Assembly: GCF_000354175.2 (NCBI RefSeq) | Contig: NC_022359.1 | Coordinates: forward strand, 900,001-932,000 | Origin: Vibrio alginolyticus NBRC 15630 = ATCC 17749 | Lineage (GTDB): Bacteria > Pseudomonadota > Gammaproteobacteria > Enterobacterales > Vibrionaceae | Length of the DNA: 32,000 nucleotides | Reading direction: 5' to 3' | Shown here: piece by piece, positions 1-10,169 of the stretch | Position numbering within the stretch: the first letter of the stretch is position 1 | Layout of the letters: every line of letters starts with the position of its first letter | Translations under genes and position numbers: made by a program | Notes under the pieces: model-generated | The model's database searches: none | What the model was told of the DNA's origin: nothing | What the model saw: the letters and a program-made list of their open reading frames with translations, nothing else

Positions 1-118
1 GCAGGTGTATAGCGGACGCTACCTTGTTAACGTTCTGGCCACCATTTCCTTGAGCTCTAATTGGGGATAATTGAATTTCCCACTCTTGAATTGTGACGGA
101 GTTCGAAATTTTGAGCAT
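1..118 (-). CDS. arfB: Peptidyl-tRNA hydrolase ArfB (alternative ribosome-rescue factor B), N-terminal fragment truncated by the window edge
   Basis: Absent from the ORF track because it is truncated. The reverse complement from the ATG at 118 reads MLKISNSVTIQEWEIQLSPIRAQGNGGQNVNKVASAIHL. This carries the release-factor-type GGQ loop (RAQGxGGQxVNK) in the same position as in E. coli YaeJ/ArfB. Confidence 0.75.
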   Translation of the reverse strand, partial: MLKISNSVTIQEWEIQLSPIRAQGNGGQNVNKVASAIHL

Positions 119-194
119 GATAAGTAAATGCCGGTAAGGACGATTGAAAGAGCTGATAAATTAACATTACAGATGCACAAATAGAAGAAAAGAC

Positions 195-797
195 ATGAGC
201 ACGATTGATTTTAGACCCTATGAGGGATTCATATTTGATATGGATGGTACTCTAATCGATACCATGCCAGCCCACTTGGCAGCTTGGCAAGCAACTGCTG
301 AGCGTTTTGATTTTCCGTTTTGCCAGGAATGGTTTCACAGTTTGGGAGGGATGCCGAGCTTTAAAATTGTTGAGGAACTAAATCGTGTGCATGAGCTTTC
401 GTTAGATCCTAAAACTGTCGCGACATTTAAAATGGAAACATTCGCTGCTATGGAGCTTCATGGTGACGTTATTCCTTGCACGAACATCGTGTTAGAGGAA
501 TATTTAGGCCATAAGAAAATTGCAGTCGGGACTGGCAGCCAACGAGAAAGTGCCATGCGCTTATTAAGTCATGCAGGTTTATTAGACAAGTTGGATGTTG
601 TAGTAACCGCGAGTGATGTAGAGAACCATAAACCCTTTCCAGATACCTTTTTGGTGGCCGCGGAACAACTCGACTTGGAGGCGTCACAGTGTCTTGTGTT
701 CGAGGATACTGAGTTGGGGAAGCGAGCGGCGCATGCAGCTGGTATGGATTGCGTTATGGTGCAAGATAATGAGTTGATCTTTTTCCCAAAACCATAG
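195..797 (+). CDS. HAD-superfamily phosphatase, beta-phosphoglucomutase subfamily (YqaB-like sugar-phosphate phosphatase)
   Basis: HAD motif I is FDMDGTLIDT (DxDxT). Motif II is VGTGS. Motifs III/IV are K...FEDTELG. The 200-aa length and overall similarity fit E. coli YqaB. A purine-rich RBS (agaagaaaag) lies upstream. Confidence 0.85.
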   Translation: MSTIDFRPYEGFIFDMDGTLIDTMPAHLAAWQATAERFDFPFCQEWFHSLGGMPSFKIVEELNRVHELSLDPKTVATFKMETFAAMELHGDVIPCTNIVLEEYLGHKKIAVGTGSQRESAMRLLSHAGLLDKLDVVVTASDVENHKPFPDTFLVAAEQLDLEASQCLVFEDTELGKRAAHAAGMDCVMVQDNELIFFPKP

Positions 798-824
798 TGG
801 CAATATCCCTTAATATGAGATCAA

Positions 825-856
825 AATGGGGTGCAAATGCACCCCATTAATTTTTA
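825..856. terminator. Bidirectional rho-independent terminator between the HAD gene and the ompA-like gene
   Basis: Perfect 10-bp stem AATGGGGTGC / GCACCCCATT (825-834 / 839-848) with loop AAAT. A T-run follows at 851-855 and an A-run precedes the stem. Confidence 0.85.
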
Positions 857-885
857 CCACATCATCGATCATGAATCATAGATGC

Positions 886-1878
886 TTATTCTGGTTGAAC
901 TAGCTCTTGGTATTCAAATGAAGGTACCACAACTTCTACGCGACGGTTTTTCTCACGACCTTCGCGAGTGCTGTTGTCAGCAACTGGGTTTTCTTCACCC
1001 ATACCTTTAACTGTCAAACGATCTGAACCAATGCCAGCTGCGGTTAGGTAATCAGCAACAGATTGAGCACGACGCTCAGACAGTTTTTGGTTGTATGCCG
1101 CAGGGCCTGAGCTATCCGTGTAACCAGTAATCTCTACTTGAGCTTGAGGATATTCGTTCAAGAATGAAACAAAGTTGTCCAGACGTTCAGAAACGGACTC
1201 TGTTAACTTAGCACTATCGAATTCAAACGTACCTGTACCGTACTCTTCTTTGTGCACCTTGCTCATCATCACTGGTTCTGGATCTGGCTCGATCACTTCT
1301 TCCGTTACAACTGCTGCAACAACTGGAGCTGCTGCAAATTTGTAGTTAACACCGATACCAAAGAAGTTAGCATCCATGTCGTCCCACACGTCGTCAGACA
1401 TGTCTTGGTAGCGTTGGTATTCAGCGCGAACACTCCAGTTTCTATCGATCGAGTATTCAGCCCCCAAAGAACCTGTTGGGACAAAGTCTGTTTCGTCATC
1501 AGACATCATGTAAGCACCACCGATCTTAGCAAACAGATTCCAAGAGTCGTTTAAGTGCCAGTTGAATTTAGGTGCAAGTGTTAAAGCCGTTAGATTGCCG
1601 TCAATCGTATTAACCGTGTTAGCCCCTGACATCGAGTTAGCTTTGTAGTCGCCTAAGAAGTCTACGCCGTACTCTAGCCCAATGATATCGGTAAAGTCAT
1701 AACCGATATGTAGTCCTGCACCGAACGCTTCATCATCACAAGGGCTATTTAGATAGCAAGCGTCGTCAAGTGTAGTCATGCCCACTTTGCCCCCGATGTA
1801 CATTTCAGCTTGAGCAGAGTTTAAAAGCGCGCTACTACCAGCTACCACTGCTGCTACTGCAATTGCTACTTTGTTCAT
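886..1878 (-). CDS. OmpA-family outer-membrane protein (N-terminal beta-barrel plus C-terminal peptidoglycan-binding OmpA_C domain)
   Basis: The C-terminus carries the OmpA_C signature (TGYTDSSGPAAYNQKLSERRAQSVADYL ... NRRVEVV). An Ala/Pro/Val/Glu linker precedes it, and the N-terminal half has alternating beta-strand character. The likely true start is MNKVAIAVAAVVAGSSALLNSAQA (signal peptide) at 1878 with AGGAAA upstream. The ORF-track start at 1902 adds 8 residues. Confidence 0.9.
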   Translation of the reverse strand: MNKVAIAVAAVVAGSSALLNSAQAEMYIGGKVGMTTLDDACYLNSPCDDEAFGAGLHIGYDFTDIIGLEYGVDFLGDYKANSMSGANTVNTIDGNLTALTLAPKFNWHLNDSWNLFAKIGGAYMMSDDETDFVPTGSLGAEYSIDRNWSVRAEYQRYQDMSDDVWDDMDANFFGIGVNYKFAAAPVVAAVVTEEVIEPDPEPVMMSKVHKEEYGTGTFEFDSAKLTESVSERLDNFVSFLNEYPQAQVEITGYTDSSGPAAYNQKLSERRAQSVADYLTAAGIGSDRLTVKGMGEENPVADNSTREGREKNRRVEVVVPSFEYQELVQPE

Positions 1879-2118
1879 AATGTTTCCTTGTATTGATTGC
1901 ATATTAACTTCTACTTCGTTTTATCAAAAAATTAGAAAAAACCAGCGTTTATAAGAAATTAGTTTAATATTCTAATCATTTCATATCAAGCAACAATATA
2001 TTTGAACTTGATCAACATTTACTACCCAAAAATACCTCACAAACTTCTGATATTTCTTACATTGTAGTAAAGATTTTTTGGTGCATAAGAAAATTGATGA
2101 TTATTTTGAACTTTTTTT

Positions 2119-2136
2119 CGTAAACTTTACTTTACA
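2119..2136 (+). promoter_or_regulatory. Candidate TyrR box upstream of aroG
   Basis: CGTAAA-CTTTAC-TTTACA matches the TyrR consensus TGTAAA-N6-TTTACA at 11 of 12 specified positions. The symmetric G and C are retained. The site lies about 200 bp upstream of the aroG ATG. Confidence 0.4.
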
Positions 2137-2337
2137 TTGTGCGTGGTGGTTAACAGGTGGTTTTTATTTGCATTTATTTGCAAAAACTGATTGCAAGTCT
2201 ACGCCTAAGCCGATAAGTTACTTAAACGCTAGACAGAAAATGACCACAGCCCTTGATGCTGCTCGCTTTGTGAACAATGTTGCAATGAGTTCAGTTGGTA
2301 AAAATGGGGTCGGAAATAAAACCAGGAAGTAGAAGTA

Positions 2338-3390
2338 ATGTTTCAAACTGATGATGTAAGAATAAATAGAGTAAAAGAGTTATTGCCACCTGTTGCAGTA
2401 TTAGAGAAGTTCCCAGCGACTGAAACCGCTTCTTCGACCACTTTTGATTGCCGTAACGCCATTCACAATATTCTTGAAGGAAAAGACGATCGATTACTCG
2501 TGATCGTTGGCCCGTGTTCTATTCACGATCCGGCTGCCGCGGTTGAGTACGGTAAAAAGCTAAAAGTACTACGTGATGAACTGGGCGAGCAGCTTGAGGT
2601 TGTTATGCGAGTTTATTTTGAAAAGCCGCGTACAACCGTTGGTTGGAAAGGCCTTATCAATGACCCTTACTTAAATGACACCTATAAGCTAAATGATGGT
2701 CTACGTATCGGACGTAAACTTCTTCTTGATCTAACCGATATGGGCTTGCCAACGGCAAGTGAATTCTTAGATATGATCACACCTCAGTACGTGGCGGATT
2801 TGATCAGTTGGGGCGCTATCGGTGCTCGTACGACAGAATCTCAGGTTCACCGCGAGCTAGCTTCTGGTCTTTCTTGTCCTGTAGGTTTCAAAAACGGTAC
2901 TGACGGGAATATTAAAATAGCGAGCGACGCGATTCGTTCTGCAAGCGCTTCCCATCACTTCCTTTCAGTAACAAAATACGGTCATTCCGCGATCGTAGAA
3001 ACCGCTGGTAATCCAGACTGCCATATTATTCTACGTGGCGGTAAAGAACCAAACTACAGTGCAGCACATGTAGCTCAAATTAAAGATGAGCTGGACACTG
3101 CAGGTCTGCCGAAAAAAGTGATGATTGATTTTAGCCATGCTAACAGCTCGAAGCAGTTCAAGCGTCAAATGCTGGTGTCTGATGATGTATCCGAGCAAAT
3201 CTCTGGTGGCGAAGAAGCCATTTTTGGAGTGATGATCGAGTCTCATTTAGTTGAAGGTCGCCAAGACTTAGTGGATGGTAAAGCAGCCACTTATGGTCAG
3301 TCGATCACTGATGCATGTATTGGCTGGGAAGACACGGAAACGGTACTTCGTCAGCTTTCTGATGCAGTAAAAGCGCGCCGCAACAAGTAA
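2338..3390 (+). CDS. aroG: 3-deoxy-7-phosphoheptulonate (DAHP) synthase, class I-alpha, AroG-like
   Basis: 350 aa and near-colinear with E. coli AroG as I recall it (DDxRIxxxKELLPPVAxLEKFPATE, FEKPRTTVGWKGLINDP, IGARTTESQVHRELASGLSCPVGFKNGTDG, KEPNYS). The RBS is AGGAAG. The isozyme assignment (G rather than F or H) is by similarity only. Confidence 0.93.
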   Translation: MFQTDDVRINRVKELLPPVAVLEKFPATETASSTTFDCRNAIHNILEGKDDRLLVIVGPCSIHDPAAAVEYGKKLKVLRDELGEQLEVVMRVYFEKPRTTVGWKGLINDPYLNDTYKLNDGLRIGRKLLLDLTDMGLPTASEFLDMITPQYVADLISWGAIGARTTESQVHRELASGLSCPVGFKNGTDGNIKIASDAIRSASASHHFLSVTKYGHSAIVETAGNPDCHIILRGGKEPNYSAAHVAQIKDELDTAGLPKKVMIDFSHANSSKQFKRQMLVSDDVSEQISGGEEAIFGVMIESHLVEGRQDLVDGKAATYGQSITDACIGWEDTETVLRQLSDAVKARRNK

Positions 3391-3432
3391 GCTCAACAGA
3401 AAAACTTTATAAAAGCGAAAAGTGAATAGTGA

Positions 3433-3466
3433 AGAGCCAGAGGTACTATGCCTCTGGCTCTTTTTG
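3433..3466 (+). terminator. Rho-independent terminator of aroG
   Basis: 11-bp stem AGAGCCAGAGG / CCTCTGGCTCT (3433-3443 / 3451-3461) with a 7-nt loop, followed by TTTTTGTT. Confidence 0.85.
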
Positions 3467-3510
3467 TTGAGAATTACTCTCATATCTTTCTATTGTTTCT
3501 GCTTTCCTAT

Positions 3511-4722
3511 ATGTTATCTGTATACGTTGTAACCAAAAGGAATTTGGAATTGAATCGTAATGTATGGCTTCTATCCCTCTGCCAAGCCTTATTAATGACA
3601 GGGAATATTTTACTCATATCTGTTATTGCCCTTATTGGCAAAACACTTGCGCCGTCATCAAGTTTTATCACATTACCAGTTGCACTGCAGTTTTTGGGAC
3701 TGATGGCCGCGACAATTCCTGCGTCGCTAATTATGGGCAAGTTAGGGCGTCGCCTTGGTTTTAGCCTTGGTAATGTCATTGGCATTTTGGGTGCTAGTCT
3801 AGCGACGTATGCATTAAGTCAACAAAACTTCTATCTGTTCTGCATGTCTACGTTTTTGCTTGGTGTTGGTATAGGTTTCGGTACTCTATACAGGTTTGCT
3901 GCCATTGAAGTGTGTGAAGAGTCGGCAAGGCATAGGGCGATTTCGATATCTATGGCGGGTGGGGTGTTAGCGGCGATCCTTGGGCCTAATCTGGCCGTGT
4001 ACTCGCAGCAGTGGTCAGATGATGGCTTATACATTAGTGCATTTGCTGTGCTTGTCGTGCTTTATATAACCGCGTTGGTTGTGCTACAAACCATTCGTTT
4101 TCCACCTGCACACACGCAGGCGCTACACGCTAAGGCGGATAAGCTGAGACTGATTATTCGTCGACCTAATTTCATGCTGGCAGTTATCGCGGCAATGGTT
4201 GCGTACGCGGTGATGAACATTTTAATGACAGCAACTCCTTTAGCGATGATTGGTTGTGGCTTTGATTTTGATAAAGCGGCGGGAGTGATCGAATGGCACG
4301 TGTTGGGTATGTTTGCACCTGCGTTTGTCACGGGCCGTCTGATAGAGCGGTTTGGCGCTAAGAATATGATTTTAGCGGGTGGATTGCTATTTGTTGCTTG
4401 TATTGGAATTAACATACATGGAGTGTCTATCTGGCATTTTAGCCTTGCTTTAATCCTGTTAGGAATAGGGTGGAACTTTATGTTTATCGCAGCAACCGGG
4501 CTGTTTAGTCAAAGCTATGAAGCGAAAAACAGAAGCAAGGCTCAAGCGTTTAATGAATTCTTCGTGTTCAGTTGTGTCACCATCACCGCATTACTATCTG
4601 GTTGGCTTGAGTCTACCGTAGGTTGGCAGAATCTTAATTTGTATGTTCTTCCATTTGTGTTACTCGTTATCGCGATGTTTGCGTTAAAAACGAATAAAAA
4701 GCCAGAATCACAAACCGCTTAA
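3511..4722 (+). CDS. MFS-family transporter (12-TM type), substrate unknown
   Basis: The protein is highly hydrophobic with about 12 predicted helices. MFS-like loop motifs are present (GKLGRRLGF between TM2 and TM3, GRLIERFGAK in the second half). The ORF-track ATG at 3448 sits inside the loop of the aroG terminator hairpin, so the ATG at 3511 (MLSVYVV...) is the more likely start. Confidence 0.85.
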   Translation: MLSVYVVTKRNLELNRNVWLLSLCQALLMTGNILLISVIALIGKTLAPSSSFITLPVALQFLGLMAATIPASLIMGKLGRRLGFSLGNVIGILGASLATYALSQQNFYLFCMSTFLLGVGIGFGTLYRFAAIEVCEESARHRAISISMAGGVLAAILGPNLAVYSQQWSDDGLYISAFAVLVVLYITALVVLQTIRFPPAHTQALHAKADKLRLIIRRPNFMLAVIAAMVAYAVMNILMTATPLAMIGCGFDFDKAAGVIEWHVLGMFAPAFVTGRLIERFGAKNMILAGGLLFVACIGINIHGVSIWHFSLALILLGIGWNFMFIAATGLFSQSYEAKNRSKAQAFNEFFVFSCVTITALLSGWLESTVGWQNLNLYVLPFVLLVIAMFALKTNKKPESQTA

Positions 4723-4738
4723 TTAAGGCTTAATATAT

Positions 4739-4769
4739 AACCCGGCCGATCGTGTCGGGTTTGTTTATT
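4739..4769 (+). terminator. Rho-independent terminator of the MFS gene
   Basis: Stem AACCCGGC / GTCGGGTT (one G-U pair) with a 7-nt loop, followed by TGTTTATT. Confidence 0.65.
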
Positions 4770-4931
4770 AGCTCAAATCAACAATCTCTTCTTTATCTTT
4801 TTATCGATAATGTGAATTCCCACAATAAAAATGTCGATTTGATAAGACTTTTTATCTAACTTTTTGTAATAAAAATAAAAATCCTGTATATATCTTGCCG
4901 AAAATCAATAAAAACTAAAGAAGTTTCGTCT

Positions 4932-6494
4932 ATGTCAGCCAATATTTCTCATAAAGCTCAAGAAACTCTCGTGAGGGAGTCTGAGGAACTCGTCTCAACA
5001 ACGAACTTACAAGGTGTTATTACATATTGTAATGAAGCCTTTTGCCGCGTTGCTGAATACACTCACGAAGAACTTGTCGGTCAGAACCACAATATAGTTC
5101 GTCATAATGATATGCCTAAAGCCGCTTTCGGTGACATGTGGGCACGCCTTAAACAAGGTAAAGCCTGGCGTGGAATGGTTAAGAATGCCACTAAGTCTGG
5201 CGGTTACTATTGGGTTGATGCTTATGTCACCCCTATCTACGAAGACAACCATGTTGTTGGGTATCAATCAGTGCGCGTGAAACCAAAGCGAGAGTGGGTT
5301 GATATTGCGACAAAAGCCTACAAAAGTATGCGTGCTGCAGAGAAGTCTGGCCGAACTTGGTCGTTGAAAATCAATGAAACCATTCGCTATGCGATTCTAC
5401 TTGGTGCACTAACCGCACCTGCAACCGCATATGCGTTGTCTGTTGAAGGGCCGTTGGCTTGGCTTGCAAGTGCGTTACCTGCAAGTGTTCTAGCTCTGTT
5501 ATTCCGCCAAGAGTTAATTGATACACCTCAGCAACTTAAAAAGTTACAAAAGCAATATGACAGCGTAAGTCGCTTGATCTATTCCGGTAACACGGCATTT
5601 TCGATTGCCGATTTCCATATCAAAATGCTATCCGCAAGAATTCGAACCGTGTTAGGAAGAATGACTGACTCCGCATTGCCTTTGCAGCATTGCGCCGAAG
5701 AGCTCAGTCAAACAACGGCAGAAGTCTCGGCTGCATTAAATCAGCAAAATACCGATATTCATCGTGTGCGAGATGCTACCCAAGAGGTGGAGTCGTCGGC
5801 AAATTCGGTTTCTTCGAGTACCAATGATGCCCATATGTTGATTGATGATACATTGAAGTCATGCTTGATGGCGAAGGAGACCATTGATCAAACGCACACC
5901 AATCTAGCGAAGTTAAGCCTTCAAGCTGAAAAAGCGACGGAAACGACGTATCAACTGAGTGATCAGGCGCAGAAGGTGAACCATTTGATGGAAGAGATTG
6001 GTGGGATCGCAGAGCAAACCAATTTACTGGCACTCAACGCGGCGATTGAAGCGGCAAGAGCAGGGGAGCAAGGTCGTGGTTTTGCTGTTGTAGCTGATGA
6101 GGTCCGCGCGCTTTCTGGGCGAACATCCAATGCAACTGAACAAATCCAAGCCTCTATCTCCACTATGTTGGCAACGATTCAAAGTTGGCAGAAAGATATT
6201 CTGGCAAACAAAGAGCAAACCGATGCCTGTTCTCAAGTAGCAGAACAAAGCGCGTTGCGTTTGTCTGAAGTTGAACAGATGATGCAAACCATGAGTGGGC
6301 TGATGGTTGATGTAGCAGAAGCGGCGAATAACCAGTTAAAGCTATCTAGTGATGTAAACCAGCACATTCATTCTATTGCTTCGACCGCAGAACAAAACTT
6401 GGCAGCAACACATTCAGTTGAGCAAAATAGCCGACAGTTGAAAGACCAAGTACAAGATTTCTATCAGCTCGCACTTCGATTTGAAGACAAATAG
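4932..6494 (+). CDS. Aer-like aerotaxis/energy-taxis receptor (N-terminal PAS domain, membrane hairpin, MCP signalling domain)
   Basis: The N-terminal PAS resembles the FAD-binding PAS of E. coli Aer ([40 protein letters not shown]). Two adjacent hydrophobic segments lie near residues 160-200. The canonical MCP hairpin tip [35 protein letters not shown] is present. Confidence 0.9.
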   Translation: MSANISHKAQETLVRESEELVSTTNLQGVITYCNEAFCRVAEYTHEELVGQNHNIVRHNDMPKAAFGDMWARLKQGKAWRGMVKNATKSGGYYWVDAYVTPIYEDNHVVGYQSVRVKPKREWVDIATKAYKSMRAAEKSGRTWSLKINETIRYAILLGALTAPATAYALSVEGPLAWLASALPASVLALLFRQELIDTPQQLKKLQKQYDSVSRLIYSGNTAFSIADFHIKMLSARIRTVLGRMTDSALPLQHCAEELSQTTAEVSAALNQQNTDIHRVRDATQEVESSANSVSSSTNDAHMLIDDTLKSCLMAKETIDQTHTNLAKLSLQAEKATETTYQLSDQAQKVNHLMEEIGGIAEQTNLLALNAAIEAARAGEQGRGFAVVADEVRALSGRTSNATEQIQASISTMLATIQSWQKDILANKEQTDACSQVAEQSALRLSEVEQMMQTMSGLMVDVAEAANNQLKLSSDVNQHIHSIASTAEQNLAATHSVEQNSRQLKDQVQDFYQLALRFEDK

Positions 6495-6557
6495 TCGTAA
6501 CGAAAGTTGTGATGTTTATGTCCTGGCTGCGTTTATGCGAATAGGAGCCAGATAAAA

Positions 6558-6595
6558 GAAAGCCCCGCCATTGCTGGTGGGGCTTTTCAGTTTTC
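6558..6595. terminator. Bidirectional terminator shared by the chemoreceptor gene (+) and tkt (-)
   Basis: Stem AAAGCCCC / GGGGCTTT (6559-6566 / 6579-6586) with partial inner pairing. An A-run lies upstream and TTTTCAGTTTT lies downstream. Confidence 0.8.
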
Positions 6596-6635
6596 ACATT
6601 CGCAATAGAGAAAACTGACTATCTTTTTACTGCAA

Positions 6636-8627
6636 TTACGCGAGTAGCTCTTTTGCTGTGTTCACTACGTTTTCAGTCGTGAAACCAAACATTTTGAATA
6701 GTTCGCCAGCTGGTGCAGATTCACCGAATGAAGTCATACCGATGATGCGACCGTCGAAGCCTACGTACTTGTACCAGAAGTCAGCAATACCTGCTTCAAT
6801 TGCGATACGTGCTGTTACGTCTGATGGCAGTACAGCTTCACGGTAAGCGGCGTCTTGTTTGTCGAATGCGTCTGTTGATGGCATTGAAACAACGCGTACT
6901 TTCTTACCTTCAGCAGTTAGCTGTGCTGCTGCTTCTACTGCTAGTTCAACTTCAGAACCTGTTGCGATAAGGATTAGCTCTGGCTTGCCTTCGCAATCTT
7001 TCAGAATGTAAGCACCTTTCGCGATGTCTGCTACTTGTTCTGCTGTGCGCGCTTGTTGCGCAAGGTTTTGACGAGAGAAGATAAGTGCTGTCGGTGCATC
7101 TTTACGTTCAATCGCTAGTTTCCAAGCTACAGCGGACTCAACTTGGTCACATGGACGCCATGTGCTCATGTTTGGTGTTAGGCGTAGCGATGCCATTTGC
7201 TCAACTGGTTGGTGAGTTGGACCATCTTCGCCAAGACCGATAGAGTCATGCGTGTACACTTGGATGTTCTGAATTTTCATCAGAGCAGCCATACGCATTG
7301 CGTTACGTGCGTACTCCATGAACATTAGGAATGTTGCGCCGTAAGGAACGAAACCACCGTGTAGCGCGATACCGTTCATGATCGCTGTCATACCGAATTC
7401 ACGTACGCCGTAGTGGATGTAGTTACCAGAGAAGTCGCTTGCTTCTAGAGACTTAGAACCAGACCACATTGTTAGGTTAGAAGGTGCTAGGTCAGCAGAG
7501 CCACCCATGAACTCTGGTAGTAGAGCACCAAATGCTTCTAGAGCATTTTGAGACGCTTTACGTGATGCAATGTTTGCTGGGTTAGCTTGAAGATCAGCAA
7601 TGATTTGGCTTGCTTTCTCTTCCCACTGTGCAGGAAGCTCACCGTTTACGCGGCGTTTAAATTCAGCTGCCAGCTCAGGGTACGCTGCTTCATAAGCTGC
7701 AAATTTCTCGTTCCACGCTGCTTCCTTAGCTGCGCCTGTTTCTTTCGCTGACCATTCTGCGTAGACTTCTTGCGGAATTTCAAAAGGACCGTGCTCCCAA
7801 CCTAGTTCTTTGCGTGTTGCTGCAATTTCTTCAGCGCCTAGTGGCGCACCGTGACAATCGTGTGAACCAGATTTGTTTGGTGAACCAAAACCGATGATAG
7901 TCTTAGTACAGATAAGTGTAGGACGTGGATCCGCTTTCGCCGCTTCAATTGCTGCGTTGATTGCGTCAGCATCGTGACCGTCTACTGCTGGAATTACGTG
8001 CCAGCCGTAAGCTTCGAAACGTTTAGGTGTATCGTCAGAGAACCAACCTTCAACGTGACCGTCGATAGAGATGCCGTTGTCATCCCAGAATGCGATCAGC
8101 TTGCCTAGACCAAGAGTACCTGCAAGAGAACATGCCTCGTGCGAAATACCTTCCATCAGACAGCCGTCGCCCATGAACACGTAAGTGAAGTGGTCAACGA
8201 TGTCGTGGCCTTCTTTGTTGAATTGCGCTGCTAGCGCTTTTTCAGCTAGAGCCATACCAACCGCGTTAGTGATGCCTTGACCTAGCGGACCCGTTGTGGT
8301 CTCGATACCTGGCGCGTAACCATACTCTGGGTGACCAGGAGTTTTAGAGTGAAGCTGACGGAAGTTTTTCAGATCGTCGATAGACAACTCGTAACCTGCA
8401 AGGTGCAGTAGAGAGTAAATCAGCATTGAGCCGTGGCCGTTAGACAGTACGAAACGGTCGCGGTCTGCCCACTCAGGGTTTGATGGGTTGTGGTTTAGAT
8501 GAGAGCGCCAAAGAACTTCAGCGATGTCAGCCATACCCATAGGTGCACCTGGGTGACCAGAGTTAGCTTGTTGAACACCATCCATGCTTAGCGCACGGAT
8601 TGCATTTGCTAGATGTTTACGATCCAT
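6636..8627 (-). CDS. tkt: Transketolase
   Basis: 663 aa. The N-terminus is canonical ([34 protein letters not shown]). The ThDP/metal-binding motif [12 protein letters not shown] is present, and the protein is colinear with E. coli TktA throughout. Confidence 0.97.
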   Translation of the reverse strand: MDRKHLANAIRALSMDGVQQANSGHPGAPMGMADIAEVLWRSHLNHNPSNPEWADRDRFVLSNGHGSMLIYSLLHLAGYELSIDDLKNFRQLHSKTPGHPEYGYAPGIETTTGPLGQGITNAVGMALAEKALAAQFNKEGHDIVDHFTYVFMGDGCLMEGISHEACSLAGTLGLGKLIAFWDDNGISIDGHVEGWFSDDTPKRFEAYGWHVIPAVDGHDADAINAAIEAAKADPRPTLICTKTIIGFGSPNKSGSHDCHGAPLGAEEIAATRKELGWEHGPFEIPQEVYAEWSAKETGAAKEAAWNEKFAAYEAAYPELAAEFKRRVNGELPAQWEEKASQIIADLQANPANIASRKASQNALEAFGALLPEFMGGSADLAPSNLTMWSGSKSLEASDFSGNYIHYGVREFGMTAIMNGIALHGGFVPYGATFLMFMEYARNAMRMAALMKIQNIQVYTHDSIGLGEDGPTHQPVEQMASLRLTPNMSTWRPCDQVESAVAWKLAIERKDAPTALIFSRQNLAQQARTAEQVADIAKGAYILKDCEGKPELILIATGSEVELAVEAAAQLTAEGKKVRVVSMPSTDAFDKQDAAYREAVLPSDVTARIAIEAGIADFWYKYVGFDGRIIGMTSFGESAPAGELFKMFGFTTENVVNTAKELLA

Positions 8628-8714
8628 AGTGATTACTTCTCGATATTTGATTTAAATAGAGGGAACTCGTCGAAACAAGTTCAAATAGAATTTTTTGAAA
8701 ATAGCGCTGATGGT

Positions 8715-8743
8715 AAAAGCGAGTAGACGGGCTACTCGCTTTT
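8715..8743 (-). terminator. Symmetric hairpin between talB and tkt (intra-operon attenuator or partial terminator)
   Basis: 12-bp stem AAAAGCGAGTAG / CTACTCGCTTTT with a 5-nt loop, starting 9 nt after the talB stop. A TTTT tail is present on both strands. Confidence 0.6.
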
Positions 8744-8752
8744 GGTAAGCAA

Positions 8753-9703
8753 TTAAAGCTTAGCTTCGATCATCGCTTCTAGTTTGCCTTGGTCAACGGC
8801 GAAGTTGCGGATACCTTCAGCCAGCTTCTCAACAGCCATTGGGTCTTGGTTATGTTCCCATAGGAACTCAGCGTGAGTCATTGGTGCTGGACGCTCAGCT
8901 GCGCCTTTAGAATCAACTAGTTTCTCAATTACTTCACCTTCAGCTGCTTCTAGTTCTGCAAGTAGAGCAGGAGCGATAGTTAGACGGTCACAACCAGCTA
9001 GTTCTAAGATCTCACCGATGTTACGGAAGCTTGCGCCCATAACTACAGTTTTGTAGCCGTATTCTTTGTAGTAGTTGTAGATCTTAGTTACAGACAGTAC
9101 GCCTGGATCTTCTTGAGCTTCGAAGTCACGGCCTTCTTTCGCTTTGTACCAGTCCATGATACGACCAACGAATGGCGAGATTAGGAATACACCCGCTTCT
9201 GCACAAGCACGTGCTTGAGCGAACGAGAATAGAAGCGTTAGGTTACAGTTGATGCCTTCTTTTTCTAGGATCTCAGCTGCGCGAATGCCTTCCCAAGTTG
9301 AAGCCAGTTTGATAAGGATACGGTCGTTAGTGATGCCAGCATCGTTGTACATTTTCACTAGTTGACGAGCTTTCGCTACGCTGCCTTCCATATCGTAAGA
9401 TAGACGAGCGTCTACTTCTGTAGAGATACGACCTGGGATAGTTTTTAGGATTTCTTTACCGATGTTTACTGCAAGCATGTCACAAGTATCTTGAACTTGT
9501 TGAGCTTTGTCGTTGCTCTGTGCTTTAGCGTATTCGATTGAAGCATCGATTAGAGGTGCGTACTCTGCGATTTGAGCGGCTTTAAGGATAAGAGAAGGGT
9601 TAGTTGTTGCGTCTTCTGGCTGATACTTTTTAATTGCATCAATCTCGCCAGTGTCTGCTACTACAGTCGTTAGTTTACGAAGTTGCTCTAACTTGTTGCT
9701 CAT
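8753..9703 (-). CDS. talB: Transaldolase B
   Basis: 316 aa. The N-terminus is [40 protein letters not shown]. The Schiff-base lysine context is [13 protein letters not shown]. The protein is colinear with E. coli TalB. Confidence 0.97.
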   Translation of the reverse strand: MSNKLEQLRKLTTVVADTGEIDAIKKYQPEDATTNPSLILKAAQIAEYAPLIDASIEYAKAQSNDKAQQVQDTCDMLAVNIGKEILKTIPGRISTEVDARLSYDMEGSVAKARQLVKMYNDAGITNDRILIKLASTWEGIRAAEILEKEGINCNLTLLFSFAQARACAEAGVFLISPFVGRIMDWYKAKEGRDFEAQEDPGVLSVTKIYNYYKEYGYKTVVMGASFRNIGEILELAGCDRLTIAPALLAELEAAEGEVIEKLVDSKGAAERPAPMTHAEFLWEHNQDPMAVEKLAEGIRNFAVDQGKLEAMIEAKL

Positions 9704-10093
9704 AATCGATCATCCTATTTAAATGGGCTTAAGCGTGATTTTTGTTATCACAGCTTGTGCATTTGCAAGCGAGTTAGCTAACCGTCTCATCGCATTTAAT
9801 GAGACATCTGCTCAGCCAACTACGGAAAATTTCGTTACCGAACAAATGCTATGAACATTTGATCGATAGCTGAGTAAATGATGTGTCCATATTTATCCTA
9901 TCTATGCTGAAAGTCAATCGCTGAAATGGACTTATAGTGAACTTCATCAACGTTTTTTTACTGTGTGTTTAGTGGTTAACCCAAATAAACGTTTGCCCTT
10001 ATTGTTCAAAGCTTGAGCGTTGTCCAAGAGGGTAAAAAATTGTAGTGAGAAAATGTTATTGCGATGAGCAAATGTAGCGTTTAAATTGATAAA

Positions 10094-10124
10094 GAACATA
10101 TGCTAAGTCAATGAGCATATGTTC
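10094..10124. promoter_or_regulatory. Perfect 11-bp inverted repeat, candidate operator overlapping the SorC-regulator promoter
   Basis: The sequence is GAACATATGCT-N9-AGCATATGTTC, ending 46 bp upstream of the regulator ATG. A TACAAT -10-like hexamer follows at 10133-10138. Confidence 0.5.
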
Positions 10125-10169
10125 ACTTATTGCATACAATATCGATCCTCTTAAAGGGCGAGAGAAACC

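Noticed and set aside
2078-2332. 84-aa ORF upstream of aroG
   Set aside because: It has no RBS, it starts at a non-ATG codon in an AT-rich promoter region, and its sequence is implausible. The region is better explained as the aroG promoter and leader, which contains the TyrR-like box.
3448-3510. ORF-track start of the MFS transporter at 3448
   Set aside because: That ATG lies in the loop of the aroG terminator hairpin (3433-3466). The ATG at 3511 leaves a normal short cytoplasmic N-terminus before TM1.
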